The translations under genes and the position numbers were made by a program. A stretch of DNA of 64,000 nt from an uncultured Bdellovibrionales bacterium (GTDB taxonomy: Bacteria; Patescibacteriota; Minisyncoccia; Moranbacterales; UBA1568), in contig CAYTED010000006.1 of the NCBI GenBank assembly GCA_964436855.1, positions 19,681-83,680 of the forward strand, in the 5' to 3' direction. Positions 1-9,548 of this stretch are shown piece after piece (position 1 is the first letter of the stretch; every line of letters starts with the position of its first letter). The notes under the pieces are model-generated. The model was given only the letters and a program-made list of their open reading frames with translations. It did no database searches and was not told where the DNA came from.

Positions 1-138
1 GTGTACGAAGAAGGCGGAGAAACTTTTGTATCGGCAGTTCTTCCGACAGTAGCGATGAGCATGATCGAAAACCCCGCCCTGTCTGTCATTGCGGTTGAAG
101 TTGAAGCAAAACTAAAAAAAGTGGTCGATTCTCTTTAA
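1..138 (+). CDS. 3' end of an unidentified CDS (partial, runs off window start)
   Basis: Open frame from position 1 to a stop at 136-138 (...AVEVEAKLKKVVDSL*). No recognisable motif. Confidence 0.3.
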   Translation: MYEEGGETFVSAVLPTVAMSMIENPALSVIAVEVEAKLKKVVDSL

Positions 139-159
139 TAAATCAATCAATTCAAAAAT

Positions 160-381
160 ATGAAACTATCAAAATTAATGCACGTGGTCAGCGTTATCGT
201 GGGTTTTGTTGGAGTCATTTCATTTTTAGCAGCAGTGCTTGGTGGTGCCGATAATAGAGTCTTTGGAATCACAAAAGTAGATGCTTTGCTGTGTGCTGGG
301 ATTCTCATTCTCATCGCCATTTGGCTTCAGGTAGGAACGATTCACCACATGATGCTTGAGAAGCGCGGAGAACTTGTTTAA
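160..381 (+). CDS. small hydrophobic membrane protein
   Basis: 73-aa ORF with two predicted TM helices, directly upstream of the metal ATPase cluster. Confidence 0.35.
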   Translation: MKLSKLMHVVSVIVGFVGVISFLAAVLGGADNRVFGITKVDALLCAGILILIAIWLQVGTIHHMMLEKRGELV

Positions 382-386
382 TTCCT

Positions 387-593
387 TTGTTCAAATGTAT
401 GGAACAGACCGAAACATTTTCTCGAAAGACATGGCTAGTTATTTTGATTATCGGTTTGGTCGGGCTAATATTTCTTTTGAGAAATCATACCTCGCATGTC
501 TTTTCAGTATTACCGTATCTGGTTCTTCTTTTGTGTCCGCTGATGCACTTATTCATGCATAAGAGTCACGGACACAATGGTGAGCATAAATAA
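387..593 (+). CDS. small His-rich membrane protein (DUF2933-like, metal-transporter-associated)
   Basis: 68 aa with a TM segment and the C-terminal motif LLCPLMHLFMHKSHGHNGEHK. Ends 3 nt before the P-type ATPase start. Family assignment is from memory. Confidence 0.4.
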   Translation: MFKCMEQTETFSRKTWLVILIIGLVGLIFLLRNHTSHVFSVLPYLVLLLCPLMHLFMHKSHGHNGEHK

Positions 594-595
594 CT

Positions 596-2692
596 ATGGA
601 TCATAGTAAGCACGCTAGTCATGTTACCCACAACATGACCCGGATGGGTTTTTTGGAGAAATTAAAAATGAGCATGTCGATGACAATGGGCATGGATCAT
701 ACTGGTCTCGCTGGACGAGAAATGGCTCGTCTCATGGAAATAGATATTCGAAACAAGTTCTTCTTTGCTCTCGTATTCACCATACCGATCATTTTCTACT
801 CGCCTCTCGGCACGGAGTTTCTCGGTCTCAACCTCCCATCTCCACTCCCGCTGCCGTGGCTTCTTTTGCTTCTCACCACGCCGGTATTCTTCTACTCCGG
901 TTGGATTTTCCTCTACTCGACATATTTTGCACTGAAGGAGAGGACACTGAACATGGCCGTGCTTATCGCGGTTGGTATTACGGCCGCCTATGGCTTCAGT
1001 ATTCTGCTTACCTTGATTGGGAGCACTGATTCTTACTATGAGGCGGCTGCCATGCTTATCACCTTTGTCCTTTTTGGGCACTGGATGGAAATGAAATCCC
1101 GTCGAGGAACGACTGACGCGCTGAGAGCCCTCCTCAACCTTGTGCCACCTCAAGCTCGTATCATACGCGACGGTAAGGAGGCATTAGTGCCGACAAGCGA
1201 AGTCAAAGTAGGTGACACGCTTCTCTTGAAACCAGGTGATAAAATACCGGTGGACGGCGAAGTCTCCGAAGGAGAATCGGCCGTTGATGAATCACTGGTA
1301 ACGGGCGAATCCTTTCCGGTGACAAAAAAACCAGGCGATACGGTCGTGGGTGGCTCTATCAATCAGAATGGGTCACTGCGTTTCCGAGCGACGAAGGTAG
1401 GTGATGAAACGGCTCTCGCGCAGATCATGAAATTGGTAGAAATAGCTCAGAACTCAAAGGCTCCTGGGCAAAGAATCGCCGATAGGTTTGCAAAATATTT
1501 GGTCATTGGAGCTATCGGGTCAGGACTGCTTGTTTTTATCATCTGGTATTTTATTGTCGGTTCACCACTTCTCTTGGCGCTCTCATTCGCGATTGCTACA
1601 GTTGTAATTGCTTGTCCGGACGCACTGGGATTGGCCACCCCGACGGCAGTAGCAGTTGGAACAGGTCTTGGTGCCAAGCACAATATTCTCATCAAAGATG
1701 CTCCGACCCTTGAACAAGTCTCAAAAATTCAGGCTATCGTACTCGATAAAACCGGTACGCTTACTGAAGGAAAGCCGAAGGTAACAGATGTGATTGTTTC
1801 AAGCGGTTTCTCAGAAGAACAATTGCTCGCTGTGGCTGCGGTTACAGAAATGCGTTCCAATCATCCACTCGCACGAGCGATTATCGGAGAGGCTGAATCG
1901 AGAGGAATTGCTTTGACGCAGACGGTAGAAAACTTCATGTCTCTTGCTGGACACGGGATTGAGGCTCAGGTGGACGGTCAGTCAGTATCAATCGGGACGC
2001 GAAAGCTTTTAGCTCTTCGAAACGTTCCCTTGGGAGATATTGAGGGATGGGTAAAGCCACTTGAGGCTGAAGGCAAGACGCTCATGTTCATATCCGTCGA
2101 TAAAAAGGCAGCCGGTGCCATCGCAGTCACTGATCCAATCAAAGCAACAGCCAAACAGGCTATTGATGGGATGAAGCAGCTCGGGATTGAAGTAGCTCTT
2201 ATTAGTGGCGACAATCAGAAGACGGTTGAGGTCATTGGAAAAAAGCTCGGGATTGATCGTCTGTTTGCGGAAGTCTTTCCTGAAGACAAGGCTCGCTACG
2301 TTGAATCGCTCCAAAAGGAAGGGAAATTTACAGCGATGGTAGGAGACGGAATTAATGATGCCCCAGCATTGGCTCAGTCGGATGTCGGTATTGCAATTGG
2401 TGCCGGTACGGATGTAGCGATCGAAACGGCAAAGGTGGTGCTGATGAAGTCTGATCCTCTCGATATACTCCGGGCAATAACCCTGAGCAAGGCGACAGTT
2501 CGCAAGATGAAGCAGAATCTTTTCTGGGCTTCCATCTACAATATTCTCGCCATACCGGTCGCCGGTGGCATTTTGTATCCAAATTTTGGCATTATGCTTC
2601 GTCCAGAATTTGCAGCTCTTCTCATGAGCGTTTCGTCGATTATCGTTGCTACTAATGCGGTGTTGCTGAAGCGGGTGGAATCGGAGCTCTAG
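596..2692 (+). CDS. P1B-type heavy-metal (probably copper) translocating ATPase
   Basis: Has DKTGTLT phosphorylation motif, GDGINDAPAL hinge, a CPD variant of the CPx motif in TM6 (IACPDALGLATP), a His/Met-rich N-terminus (MDHSKHASHVTH..MSMSMTMGMDH) and no CxxC HMA domain. Confidence 0.9.
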   Translation: MDHSKHASHVTHNMTRMGFLEKLKMSMSMTMGMDHTGLAGREMARLMEIDIRNKFFFALVFTIPIIFYSPLGTEFLGLNLPSPLPLPWLLLLLTTPVFFYSGWIFLYSTYFALKERTLNMAVLIAVGITAAYGFSILLTLIGSTDSYYEAAAMLITFVLFGHWMEMKSRRGTTDALRALLNLVPPQARIIRDGKEALVPTSEVKVGDTLLLKPGDKIPVDGEVSEGESAVDESLVTGESFPVTKKPGDTVVGGSINQNGSLRFRATKVGDETALAQIMKLVEIAQNSKAPGQRIADRFAKYLVIGAIGSGLLVFIIWYFIVGSPLLLALSFAIATVVIACPDALGLATPTAVAVGTGLGAKHNILIKDAPTLEQVSKIQAIVLDKTGTLTEGKPKVTDVIVSSGFSEEQLLAVAAVTEMRSNHPLARAIIGEAESRGIALTQTVENFMSLAGHGIEAQVDGQSVSIGTRKLLALRNVPLGDIEGWVKPLEAEGKTLMFISVDKKAAGAIAVTDPIKATAKQAIDGMKQLGIEVALISGDNQKTVEVIGKKLGIDRLFAEVFPEDKARYVESLQKEGKFTAMVGDGINDAPALAQSDVGIAIGAGTDVAIETAKVVLMKSDPLDILRAITLSKATVRKMKQNLFWASIYNILAIPVAGGILYPNFGIMLRPEFAALLMSVSSIIVATNAVLLKRVESEL

Positions 2693-2712
2693 ATCTAATT
2701 GAGATAAGCGCT

Positions 2713-3297
2713 ATGAAGAAAATAATTGTTATTTTTATTGTCATTCTTGCTCTCATGGAGGGTGTCTCATGGTGGGTTTATAGATCATTATCTTCCAAAA
2801 ACACCGATGAGACTTTTCGGCCATCAGAAGAAAAACAAGTGCCGAGAGCGCTTCCTAGTCCTTCTGTAAGTCAGCAGCCTGTTGAAAAGTCAGAAAGCAG
2901 CTCTTCGAATAACAATCAAACGCTGACTGTTTCTCAGGCTCCTCTTGCTGAAATTCCTCCAAAAGAGACGGGTTCAGGTTTTGGAGACTTCCCTCTTCCG
3001 AGCACGGAAGTGGTGAGTGGCAGAACAGAGCGGACCATCCATATGGGTGTGAGGCAGTATGTATGGGAACCAGCGACTATTACTGCCAAAAAAGGTGAAC
3101 TAGTAAGGCTTATTATCCACAATGCCGATGTAAAGCATGGTCTCGTCATTCCAGACTTAGGAGTGAATCAAGATATTCCTCCCGACGGAGCAATTGTGGA
3201 GTTTATCGCAAGCAAAGTAGGTACTTTTGAGTTCTTCTGTTCTGTTTGGTGTGGTGAGGGGCATATGGAAATGAGGGGTAAGATTGCGATAGAGTAG
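2713..3297 (+). CDS. secreted cupredoxin-fold copper-binding protein (CuA-like motif)
   Basis: Signal peptide or N-terminal TM. The C-terminal H...C-x3-C-G-x-G-H-x2-M (HNADVKHG...FCSVWCGEGHMEM) resembles CuA/cupredoxin ligands. Confidence 0.55.
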   Translation: MKKIIVIFIVILALMEGVSWWVYRSLSSKNTDETFRPSEEKQVPRALPSPSVSQQPVEKSESSSSNNNQTLTVSQAPLAEIPPKETGSGFGDFPLPSTEVVSGRTERTIHMGVRQYVWEPATITAKKGELVRLIIHNADVKHGLVIPDLGVNQDIPPDGAIVEFIASKVGTFEFFCSVWCGEGHMEMRGKIAIE

Positions 3298-3347
3298 TTC
3301 AATAGATAAATAACAAGAAGTCCATAAACACTAATGGAACCATAAAT

Positions 3348-3965
3348 ATGTCAGATCATTGTTGTCCGGCCGATGGAGTAAATCTGTCCGATGAAAAAAA
3401 CAACAAGCTGAAGAGAATGTTTTGGATTGTGCTTGTTCTCAATGCTGCGATGTTTTTTGTCGAGTTTTTCTATGGATTGATTGCTGGTTCAAATGCGCTC
3501 TTGGCTGATTCGCTTGATATGCTGGGTGATGCATTCGTGTACGGTATCAGTCTTCTCGTAGTCACAAGGAGTATCCAGGCAAAAGCAAATGCTTCGCTTA
3601 TCAAGGGCATAGTGACTCTACTACTCGGTCTCTTTGTTGTGGGTCAGTCGGTATACAAGATATTTGTTCCGTCTATCCCTCAAGGTGAAACAATTACGTT
3701 CATCGGTATTCTCGCGCTTGTTGTGAATCTCGGCTGTTTCTGGCTCCTCACGAAATATAAAAACGGCGATCTTAACGTACAGTCTGCCTGGATTTGTTCA
3801 AGAAACGATGTCTTGGGAAACGCAGGTGTCATTATCGCAGGAGTTTTGGTGGTTTATTTCGGTTCGATGTGGCCTGACATTATCATCGGCCTTGGCATTT
3901 CAATGGTGGTGCTTAGCTCGGCCATTGGGATCATCAAGGAGTCGGTAAGCCAAAGAAGGATTTGA
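3348..3965 (+). CDS. cation diffusion facilitator (CDF) family transporter, membrane domain only
   Basis: Six predicted TM helices and the CDF signature LLADSLDMLGDA in TM2. At 205 aa it lacks the usual cytoplasmic C-terminal domain. Confidence 0.65.
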   Translation: MSDHCCPADGVNLSDEKNNKLKRMFWIVLVLNAAMFFVEFFYGLIAGSNALLADSLDMLGDAFVYGISLLVVTRSIQAKANASLIKGIVTLLLGLFVVGQSVYKIFVPSIPQGETITFIGILALVVNLGCFWLLTKYKNGDLNVQSAWICSRNDVLGNAGVIIAGVLVVYFGSMWPDIIIGLGISMVVLSSAIGIIKESVSQRRI

Positions 3966-4029
3966 GCGGATGCGCCCGAGTATGGAAGATGAAAAAAGGT
4001 TCAGAAAGCCCCTAGAATCCGAACAAAAG

Positions 4030-4200
4030 AAAAGAGACAAGAAGCTGTCTTAAATGGTAAAATGATACAAGGGTCGTCCCATGTCTCATTTGTCTCGTTT
4101 TATCCTCAAAACCGCGACCCGAGAGCCTCAATTCACTCGTCGGCCAAGACCTCCAAGAAATCCCTCAACGGCTTGATTTCTCAAAGTTCTAGACCGATGA
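4030..4200. repeat. conserved recombinase 3'-flank repeat, copy 1 (candidate att/recombination site with multiple TGTCTCA/TGAGACA subsites)
   Basis: About 93% identical over ~143 bp to 13719-13860. Contains five 7-8-bp TGTCTCA/TGAGACA motifs in direct and inverted orientation and a GGGTCG..CGACCC stem. Abuts the recombinase stop codon. Confidence 0.7.
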
Positions 4201-5706
4201 CGCCCGCCAAAATTCGGAATCAGAAGAAACGGACAAAGCGGGGTCGCGCCGAAGGCGCGACACTAATGCATTCCCCCCGCCGAATCCAGAATCCAAAAGG
4301 GTTTTCCACGCTCCGCGTGGCTCAAAAAGTACGGTTCGATCCTTAATTTGAAAGTTCGAACCGACTTTTTTGAACAAATGAAGATTTTCTTCATTTGTTC
4401 CCTCGTTTGTCAATTCCATACTGGATTTTATGAATCTATCAGCAAGTTCGAACCGATTATGAGATTTTTTCTCAAAAGATGATAATTTCTCTTTGAGAAG
4501 CTGTTTTTGACACATCAGCTTGTTTTTAGAATCACGATATTCGTCTAGCGAAAGTGCGTTCTCTAGGTAAGCACTCATCAGCTTCTCAATTTTGGAATCC
4601 AAAAGAGAAATTTCATCTTTTGTTTTTTGAGAAAAAATCTCACTCGATTGGACTTCTGATTGCCGATCTTTCTCGTTTTCGGCAATCATCCAGTTTGCCC
4701 AATCGAGTGGCAAAGAAACTTTTTGTACTTCCGTTCTGATTTGAGAAGTTATGATTTCCTCGCGAACATATTTTTGTTCACAAGGATTTTTCCGTTTAGT
4801 ACAGCGGAGATAGTTATGACCTTTCTGTGTTTCGGTAGTAATGAAGTAACCACATTCTCCGCAACGGAAAAATCCTCTGTATAGATAATATTTCAAACCT
4901 TTTCCCTTCGGCTTACTTTTCCTCATCATCACTTCTTGAACGGAATCAAAAAGTTTCTTTGTGATAATCGGTTCATGCTTACCCTCAAAAATCTCTCCGT
5001 TATATCGCATTAGTCCTGTGTAGATAGGATTTTTGAGGATTTGCTGATAGTTCGACACCGCAAGTTCCTTTCCGCTTTTTCGCCTCAATCCAAGTCCGTT
5101 AAATTTATCTCGGATTTGATGCAAAGTGAACGACCCTGTTGCGTATGCCTCAAATGTTTTTTTGATAAGCGGAGCTATCTCTTTGTCGGGAACAATGCCT
5201 TGTCCTTTTACATTCACATATCCAAGTGGAGACATTTGAGGCCATATACCTTCTTTCACTTTGTTGCGATGACCTCGTTTGATATTTTCCGACAAATTGT
5301 CCACATAATACTTAGATTGCGAAAAAGCGATTGAAAGCATGAATTTGCCTTGCGGTGTCGGATCACACCAGAAAGTTGGAAATTTTAGCTCGGCAATCTT
5401 TCCCGTATCGAGCAAATAGATAATTTTTCCACCATCAACAGAATTTCTCGCTAATCTGTCGGGATGCCAAGCTAAAATTCCATTTGCTTCACCTTGCTCG
5501 ATACGGAGAAGCATTTCATTAAATACTGGCCGACCTGGGACTTTGGCGGTTTGTTTTTCTACGAAAATATCAACAACCTCGATTTGCTCTTTCAACGCGA
5601 GTTCTTTGAGTTCAGCCAGTTGATCTGAAATACTTCTCACTTGCCGATCTTCGGTGTCGGTTGATTTCCTTGTGTAGATGAAAAACTTTCTGGTGTGATT
5701 ATTCAT
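4189..5706 (-). CDS. large serine recombinase (resolvase/integrase family)
   Basis: N-terminal resolvase catalytic motif (FIYTRKSTDTEDRQVRSISDQ, catalytic Ser), recombinase domain and C-terminal zinc ribbon (CGECGYF...CTKRK), 505 aa. Confidence 0.9.
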   Translation of the reverse strand: MNNHTRKFFIYTRKSTDTEDRQVRSISDQLAELKELALKEQIEVVDIFVEKQTAKVPGRPVFNEMLLRIEQGEANGILAWHPDRLARNSVDGGKIIYLLDTGKIAELKFPTFWCDPTPQGKFMLSIAFSQSKYYVDNLSENIKRGHRNKVKEGIWPQMSPLGYVNVKGQGIVPDKEIAPLIKKTFEAYATGSFTLHQIRDKFNGLGLRRKSGKELAVSNYQQILKNPIYTGLMRYNGEIFEGKHEPIITKKLFDSVQEVMMRKSKPKGKGLKYYLYRGFFRCGECGYFITTETQKGHNYLRCTKRKNPCEQKYVREEIITSQIRTEVQKVSLPLDWANWMIAENEKDRQSEVQSSEIFSQKTKDEISLLDSKIEKLMSAYLENALSLDEYRDSKNKLMCQKQLLKEKLSSFEKKSHNRFELADRFIKSSMELTNEGTNEENLHLFKKVGSNFQIKDRTVLFEPRGAWKTLLDSGFGGGNALVSRLRRDPALSVSSDSEFWRASSV

Positions 5707-5929
5707 AGAATTGTATTGGCAAACGAGGAGCCACGCGGAGCGTGGCGAATCCTTGCAGAATCAGGATTTTGTGGGGGGAATACAGAGCAGACGGCGCCTC
5801 GCGCCGACCGCATTTTTGCTTCGGAATCCGATTTCCAATTTTGGCGGTGTTTGTTGGACAAAGTTCGAATGTATTTCGAGCAGAATCCCGAAGACTAATC
5901 GCGCCTCGTCCGCTCCCTTCGGTCGCGGT

Positions 5930-6025
5930 ACAAAACCAAAAATTTTCCTTCCTTTCTTCTGATTTTCGGCGGGGGGTGTGGGGGGAGCCGACAAAAAATG
6001 GAAAGGAAATTTTTGGTTTTGGTTC
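5930..6025. promoter_or_regulatory. stem-loop presenting a G6TGTG6 motif (copy 1)
   Basis: A 25-bp inverted repeat (acaaaaccaaaaattttccttcctttc / gaaaggaaatttttggttttggttc) flanks cggcGGGGGGTGTGGGGGGagccg. The same G-rich core recurs at 15242-15280. Confidence 0.5.
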
Positions 6026-6074
6026 CGACGCTTCATAAAAATACTGTTTTGCACACTTGTGTTATAACTTAACA

Positions 6075-6104
6075 TTGAGCCAAAACACAATAGCGTGATA
6101 TAAT
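6075..6104 (+). promoter_or_regulatory. sigma70-like promoter upstream of the ydeI-xre-broN operon
   Basis: TTGAGC, 18-bp spacer, TATAAT, ending ~30 bp upstream of the ATG at 6133. The palindrome ACACTTGTGT lies just upstream. Confidence 0.45.
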
Positions 6105-6132
6105 AATCAGTGTTGATAAGTTTTCATAGAAT

Positions 6133-6432
6133 ATGGCGAAACAAGTAACACAAAAAATACCGCATACTTTACCTAAGGACATGCGAGACGTACTCACCAC
6201 TCACTCCGATGTTAAAGCAAAGTGGGATACTCTCACTTCACTTGCTCAAAATGAGTGGATTTGTTGGGTGACTATTGTGAAGAAAAAAGAAACTCGGAAT
6301 GAGCATCTTGCTCGGTTTGTTCAGGATTTACAAAAAGGAAAAAGAAGACCATGTTGTTGGCCAGGATGTCCGCATCGCAGACCAAGTGCACAAAAGTGGT
6401 TTAGTAGCAAAACAAGGTTAGTAAATAAATAA
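6133..6432 (+). CDS. YdeI/OmpD-associated (OmdA) family protein
   Basis: 99 aa with AKKPETR-like core (VKKKETRNEHLARFVQDLQKGKRRPCCWPGCPHR) typical of the YdeI/OmdA family. Assignment is from memory. Confidence 0.5.
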   Translation: MAKQVTQKIPHTLPKDMRDVLTTHSDVKAKWDTLTSLAQNEWICWVTIVKKKETRNEHLARFVQDLQKGKRRPCCWPGCPHRRPSAQKWFSSKTRLVNK

Positions 6433-6433
6433 T

Positions 6434-6643
6434 ATGGCAAAAACCACAGCACAAAAATTTGGCGAAAATATGAAAAAGATTCGGCTCGAAAAAGGTATGT
6501 CGCAAGGCGACATTTGCCGAGAGTTAGGATTAGATCGAGCATATATTAGCAATGTCGAGAACGGCAAACAAAATCTTACAATTAGCACAATGGAAAAGGT
6601 CGCCACAGTGCTTGGGGTTAGCGTAGATCAACTTTTAAAATAA
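6434..6643 (+). CDS. XRE-family helix-turn-helix transcriptional regulator
   Basis: 69 aa with HTH_3 pattern (GMSQGDICRELGLDRAYISNVENGKQNLTISTMEKVATVLGVSVDQLL). Starts 1 nt after the upstream gene. Confidence 0.85.
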   Translation: MAKTTAQKFGENMKKIRLEKGMSQGDICRELGLDRAYISNVENGKQNLTISTMEKVATVLGVSVDQLLK

Positions 6644-6645
6644 CT

Positions 6646-7500
6646 ATGACGACACAAAATCAAACCATTACCAAAATCGCTATTTTTCAGAAAAAGGAAG
6701 TTCGCAAGATTCTCTATAAAAATGAGTGGTGGTTTTCTGTAATTGATGTTATTGAGGTTTTAACAGATACAGCACGCCCACGAAAATATTGGAGCGACCT
6801 CAAGAAGAAACTAATAAAAGAGGGTTATTCTGAAGTGTCCGAAAATATCGGACAGTTGAAAATGACCTCTCCTGACGGCAAAAAGCGAGAAACTGACTGC
6901 GCGAATACCGAAACAATTTTTCGCATTATCCAAGCTATACCATCACCAAAAGCAGAGCCGTTCAAGCGTTGGTTGGCGCGGGTTGGTTATGAGCGAATTG
7001 AAGAAATAGAAAATCCGGAACTTGCCACAAAACGCACGCGTGCGTTATACAGGGCAAAAGGATATTCAGATGCTTGGATTGAAAAACGAATGCGTGGTAT
7101 TGAAGTACGCGAGACACTTACGGACGAATGGAAAAAACGTGGAGTAAAAGAAGGGCAGGAATATGCAATTCTCACAGCGGAAATCTCAAGAGCAACATTT
7201 GGTATGACACCGAGTCAATACCAAAAACTCAAAGGTTTGAAGCGGGAAAATTTGCGCGACCACATGAATGACCTCGAGCTTATTTTTACAATGCTCGGCG
7301 AAGCCTCAACTACCGAAATCGCTCGCAACAAAAACACCCAAGGATTTTTGGAAAATAAAATTGCTGCGAAAGAAGGAGGAGATATAGCTGGTGAAGCACG
7401 CCGAAAACTTGAAATAAAGAGTGGTAAAAAAGTTTCTACTGGTGAAAATTATTTACCAGAGCCAAAGTCGAATCGCAAGTTAAAGCCAAAAAATACATGA
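6646..7500 (+). CDS. Bro-N domain protein (DinD/phage antirepressor-like)
   Basis: N-terminal Bro-N pattern (ITKIAIFQKKEVRKILYKNEWWFSVIDVIEVL...KYWSDLKKKL), 284 aa. Typical cargo of phages and integrative elements. Confidence 0.8.
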   Translation: MTTQNQTITKIAIFQKKEVRKILYKNEWWFSVIDVIEVLTDTARPRKYWSDLKKKLIKEGYSEVSENIGQLKMTSPDGKKRETDCANTETIFRIIQAIPSPKAEPFKRWLARVGYERIEEIENPELATKRTRALYRAKGYSDAWIEKRMRGIEVRETLTDEWKKRGVKEGQEYAILTAEISRATFGMTPSQYQKLKGLKRENLRDHMNDLELIFTMLGEASTTEIARNKNTQGFLENKIAAKEGGDIAGEARRKLEIKSGKKVSTGENYLPEPKSNRKLKPKNT

Positions 7501-7964
7501 AACTGACATTCGATGAAAACTTGATAGCGGACTACACCAGTGCTTCTCAAAAGGTCAGAGTTTTAAGCGAGAATTTGGTCTTAAAGGAAATATATTGCCC
7601 TAATTGCGGTGAGTCTATTTTTGAATATCAAAACAATAAACCCGTTGCCGATTTTTACTGCTCAAAATGTTCAGAGGATTTCGAACTCAAGTCAAAGCAA
7701 GGAAAATTTGGCAAAAAAGTTTCCGCTGGCGCATATTCCAAAATGATAGAAAGAATCAATTCTGCACAAAAGCCGAATTTCTTCTTCATGGGATATCTGC
7801 TAGAACTTTTGAATGTTAATGACTTCTTTGTTGTTCCAAAACATTTCTTTGTATCTGAAATTATCGAAAAGCGAAAACCATTATCCGAAACTGCTCGTCG
7901 AGCGGGTTGGGTCGGTTCAAATATTCTCTTTTCAAAAATACCGAAGGCAGGGCAAATCTTTTGA
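7497..7964 (+). CDS. DpnI-like (Dam-replacing family, type IIM methyl-directed) restriction endonuclease catalytic domain, lacking the C-terminal winged-helix domain
   Basis: Strong resemblance to the DpnI N-terminal region: YCPNCG...NKPVADFYCSKCSEDFELKSKQG, PNFFFMGY, RKPLSETARRAGWVGSNI (recalled from memory). The ORF stops after ..SKIPKAGQIF; DpnI continues for ~80 aa more. Overlaps the bro-N stop by 4 nt. Confidence 0.6.
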   Translation: MKLTFDENLIADYTSASQKVRVLSENLVLKEIYCPNCGESIFEYQNNKPVADFYCSKCSEDFELKSKQGKFGKKVSAGAYSKMIERINSAQKPNFFFMGYLLELLNVNDFFVVPKHFFVSEIIEKRKPLSETARRAGWVGSNILFSKIPKAGQIF

Positions 7965-8019
7965 TGAAAGCCTGAAGCAACTTGGTAAAGTCCTTGGATT
8001 TGAGGCTTCAAGACCTGAA

Positions 8020-8421
8020 ATGAATGGGGATGGAACTTTAGACGTATGCTGGGAAGATGAGGAAAGGAAAGTTGTTATAGGGTTTGAAAATAAAATTGAA
8101 AAGACTAATAAGATTCTATCTAAACAAGAAATAGACCAGTGTTCTGGACACGGAAACTGGCTCTCACAAAACTACCCTGACTATGAGCGCATCATGTTTG
8201 TTGTTGGTCGAATTGATGGCTATAACGAATTAGCGTCTCCTCTTGATCTAAATATTTTGGAAGTAACAGAAATTGAGAGAGTGTCAGGTGAGATTAAACA
8301 GGTACATGGGAAAAAGGTTTACCCTGAGCAAGTGGACGCATCTCTTGACTCTCAAAAACTAAGGGCTAGTAGTATCTTTCCTCAAGTTAAAGTTTCGTCT
8401 TTACCGAAGATAAAGTGCTGA
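8020..8421 (+). CDS. hypothetical protein (possible replacement C-terminal module for the DpnI-like nuclease; start uncertain)
   Basis: The ORF at 7813-8421 overlaps the DpnI-like gene in another frame; the first in-frame ATG after that gene's stop is at 8020 (MNGDGTLDVCWEDEERK...). No recognisable motif. Confidence 0.35.
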   Translation: MNGDGTLDVCWEDEERKVVIGFENKIEKTNKILSKQEIDQCSGHGNWLSQNYPDYERIMFVVGRIDGYNELASPLDLNILEVTEIERVSGEIKQVHGKKVYPEQVDASLDSQKLRASSIFPQVKVSSLPKIKC

Positions 8422-8431
8422 TTTCAAGTTC

Positions 8432-9523
8432 GTGATTGAATACTATAAATATCTCAAAGGCCATTCCTACTACTCCAACCTCTACGACCGCATCACCATA
8501 GAGGAATGCCAGCGTTGGGAAAATAAGGAATATCCTAAATCGCTTAAGGAGACCGATGAGGAGGCAAAGCTTACAAAAGTAAAAGAAGAGTATTTTCATA
8601 AAGTGGTTATCCGGCTTGCCATATACTTTCTCACCGCTGACCGTGCTGCAAAAAAATCTGAAACCATTCAGGAATGGATGAAGCGAGACCAAGAAAAGGA
8701 TGAGCGAGTGGCTAATGCTGAAGAGCCGCGGGGTATCCGTTGTCTTGGTTGCAGTTCGCTTTTAACGAATTGCATTTCTCGAGATCTCATGGATAACCAC
8801 CAAGGACAAGAAGCGGTTCTTTTCATGTTCGAATGTGGAAAATGTCACAAACGCCGAGCCTTTTGGGAGAATGGCAAGGAGTGGGAGCATAAGCCGAAGT
8901 GCATACAGTGCCGATCGGAAGTGGTATCAGAGAATACAAGAGAAGGCGATATTATCACCACTCGATACTCCTGCTCTCATTGTGGCAATGTAGAGGTGGA
9001 CACTATGGATCTGAACAAGAAAGAAGAAGAGGTTGATCCTCACTTTGAGGCGAATCGAAAGAAATATTGTATTTCAGAACTAGAGGGCAAAGAGATCATT
9101 CGTGAATCTCAGGAGATGAAAGAGCTTGTCGATAGCTGGAGAGAAAGGGATGAAAAGAAAGAGTTATACGAAGACATAGCTAAGATCCAGAAACTAACCT
9201 TGGTTGAGCTCCAAACCCTTGTTACCCCGGTCATAGAGAAGGCGGGGTATACCAAGCTTGAGTTTGAGAAGCCTACCTTAGAGAAGGATGTGATCCTCGG
9301 ATTCAGTCTCCAAGATGCTCAATCTGGCCGAGTAGAGTACGATAGCGTCCATAATCTCCAGAAGCTCCTGAAAAAGACCCTTGAGCCAACAAATTGGCGC
9401 CTAATGAGCGAAGGGGTCAGTTATCGCCTTGGATTCCTCCAAGGGCGTTTAAAGGGTGTGGAAGGCGAGGAAAAGCTTAAGCAGCTTCTAGAAACAGAGA
9501 GAAAAAAGAAATCTAGAGAGTAG
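8432..9523 (+). CDS. hypothetical protein with two CxxC...CxxC zinc-ribbon-like modules
   Basis: 363 aa with CLGC, CGKC, CIQC and CSHC pairs in the central region and a charged coiled-coil-like C-terminus. Confidence 0.5.
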   Translation: MIEYYKYLKGHSYYSNLYDRITIEECQRWENKEYPKSLKETDEEAKLTKVKEEYFHKVVIRLAIYFLTADRAAKKSETIQEWMKRDQEKDERVANAEEPRGIRCLGCSSLLTNCISRDLMDNHQGQEAVLFMFECGKCHKRRAFWENGKEWEHKPKCIQCRSEVVSENTREGDIITTRYSCSHCGNVEVDTMDLNKKEEEVDPHFEANRKKYCISELEGKEIIRESQEMKELVDSWRERDEKKELYEDIAKIQKLTLVELQTLVTPVIEKAGYTKLEFEKPTLEKDVILGFSLQDAQSGRVEYDSVHNLQKLLKKTLEPTNWRLMSEGVSYRLGFLQGRLKGVEGEEKLKQLLETERKKKSRE

Positions 9524-9548
9524 AAAATAATCCGGTTTTGCGATTGAT

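Noticed and set aside
7813-8019. N-terminal 69 codons of ORF 7813-8421 (MLMTSLLFQNISLYL...)
   Set aside because: This part overlaps the DpnI-like gene in another frame and is likely not translated; the gene was trimmed to the first ATG after the upstream stop (8020), though a non-ATG start cannot be excluded.
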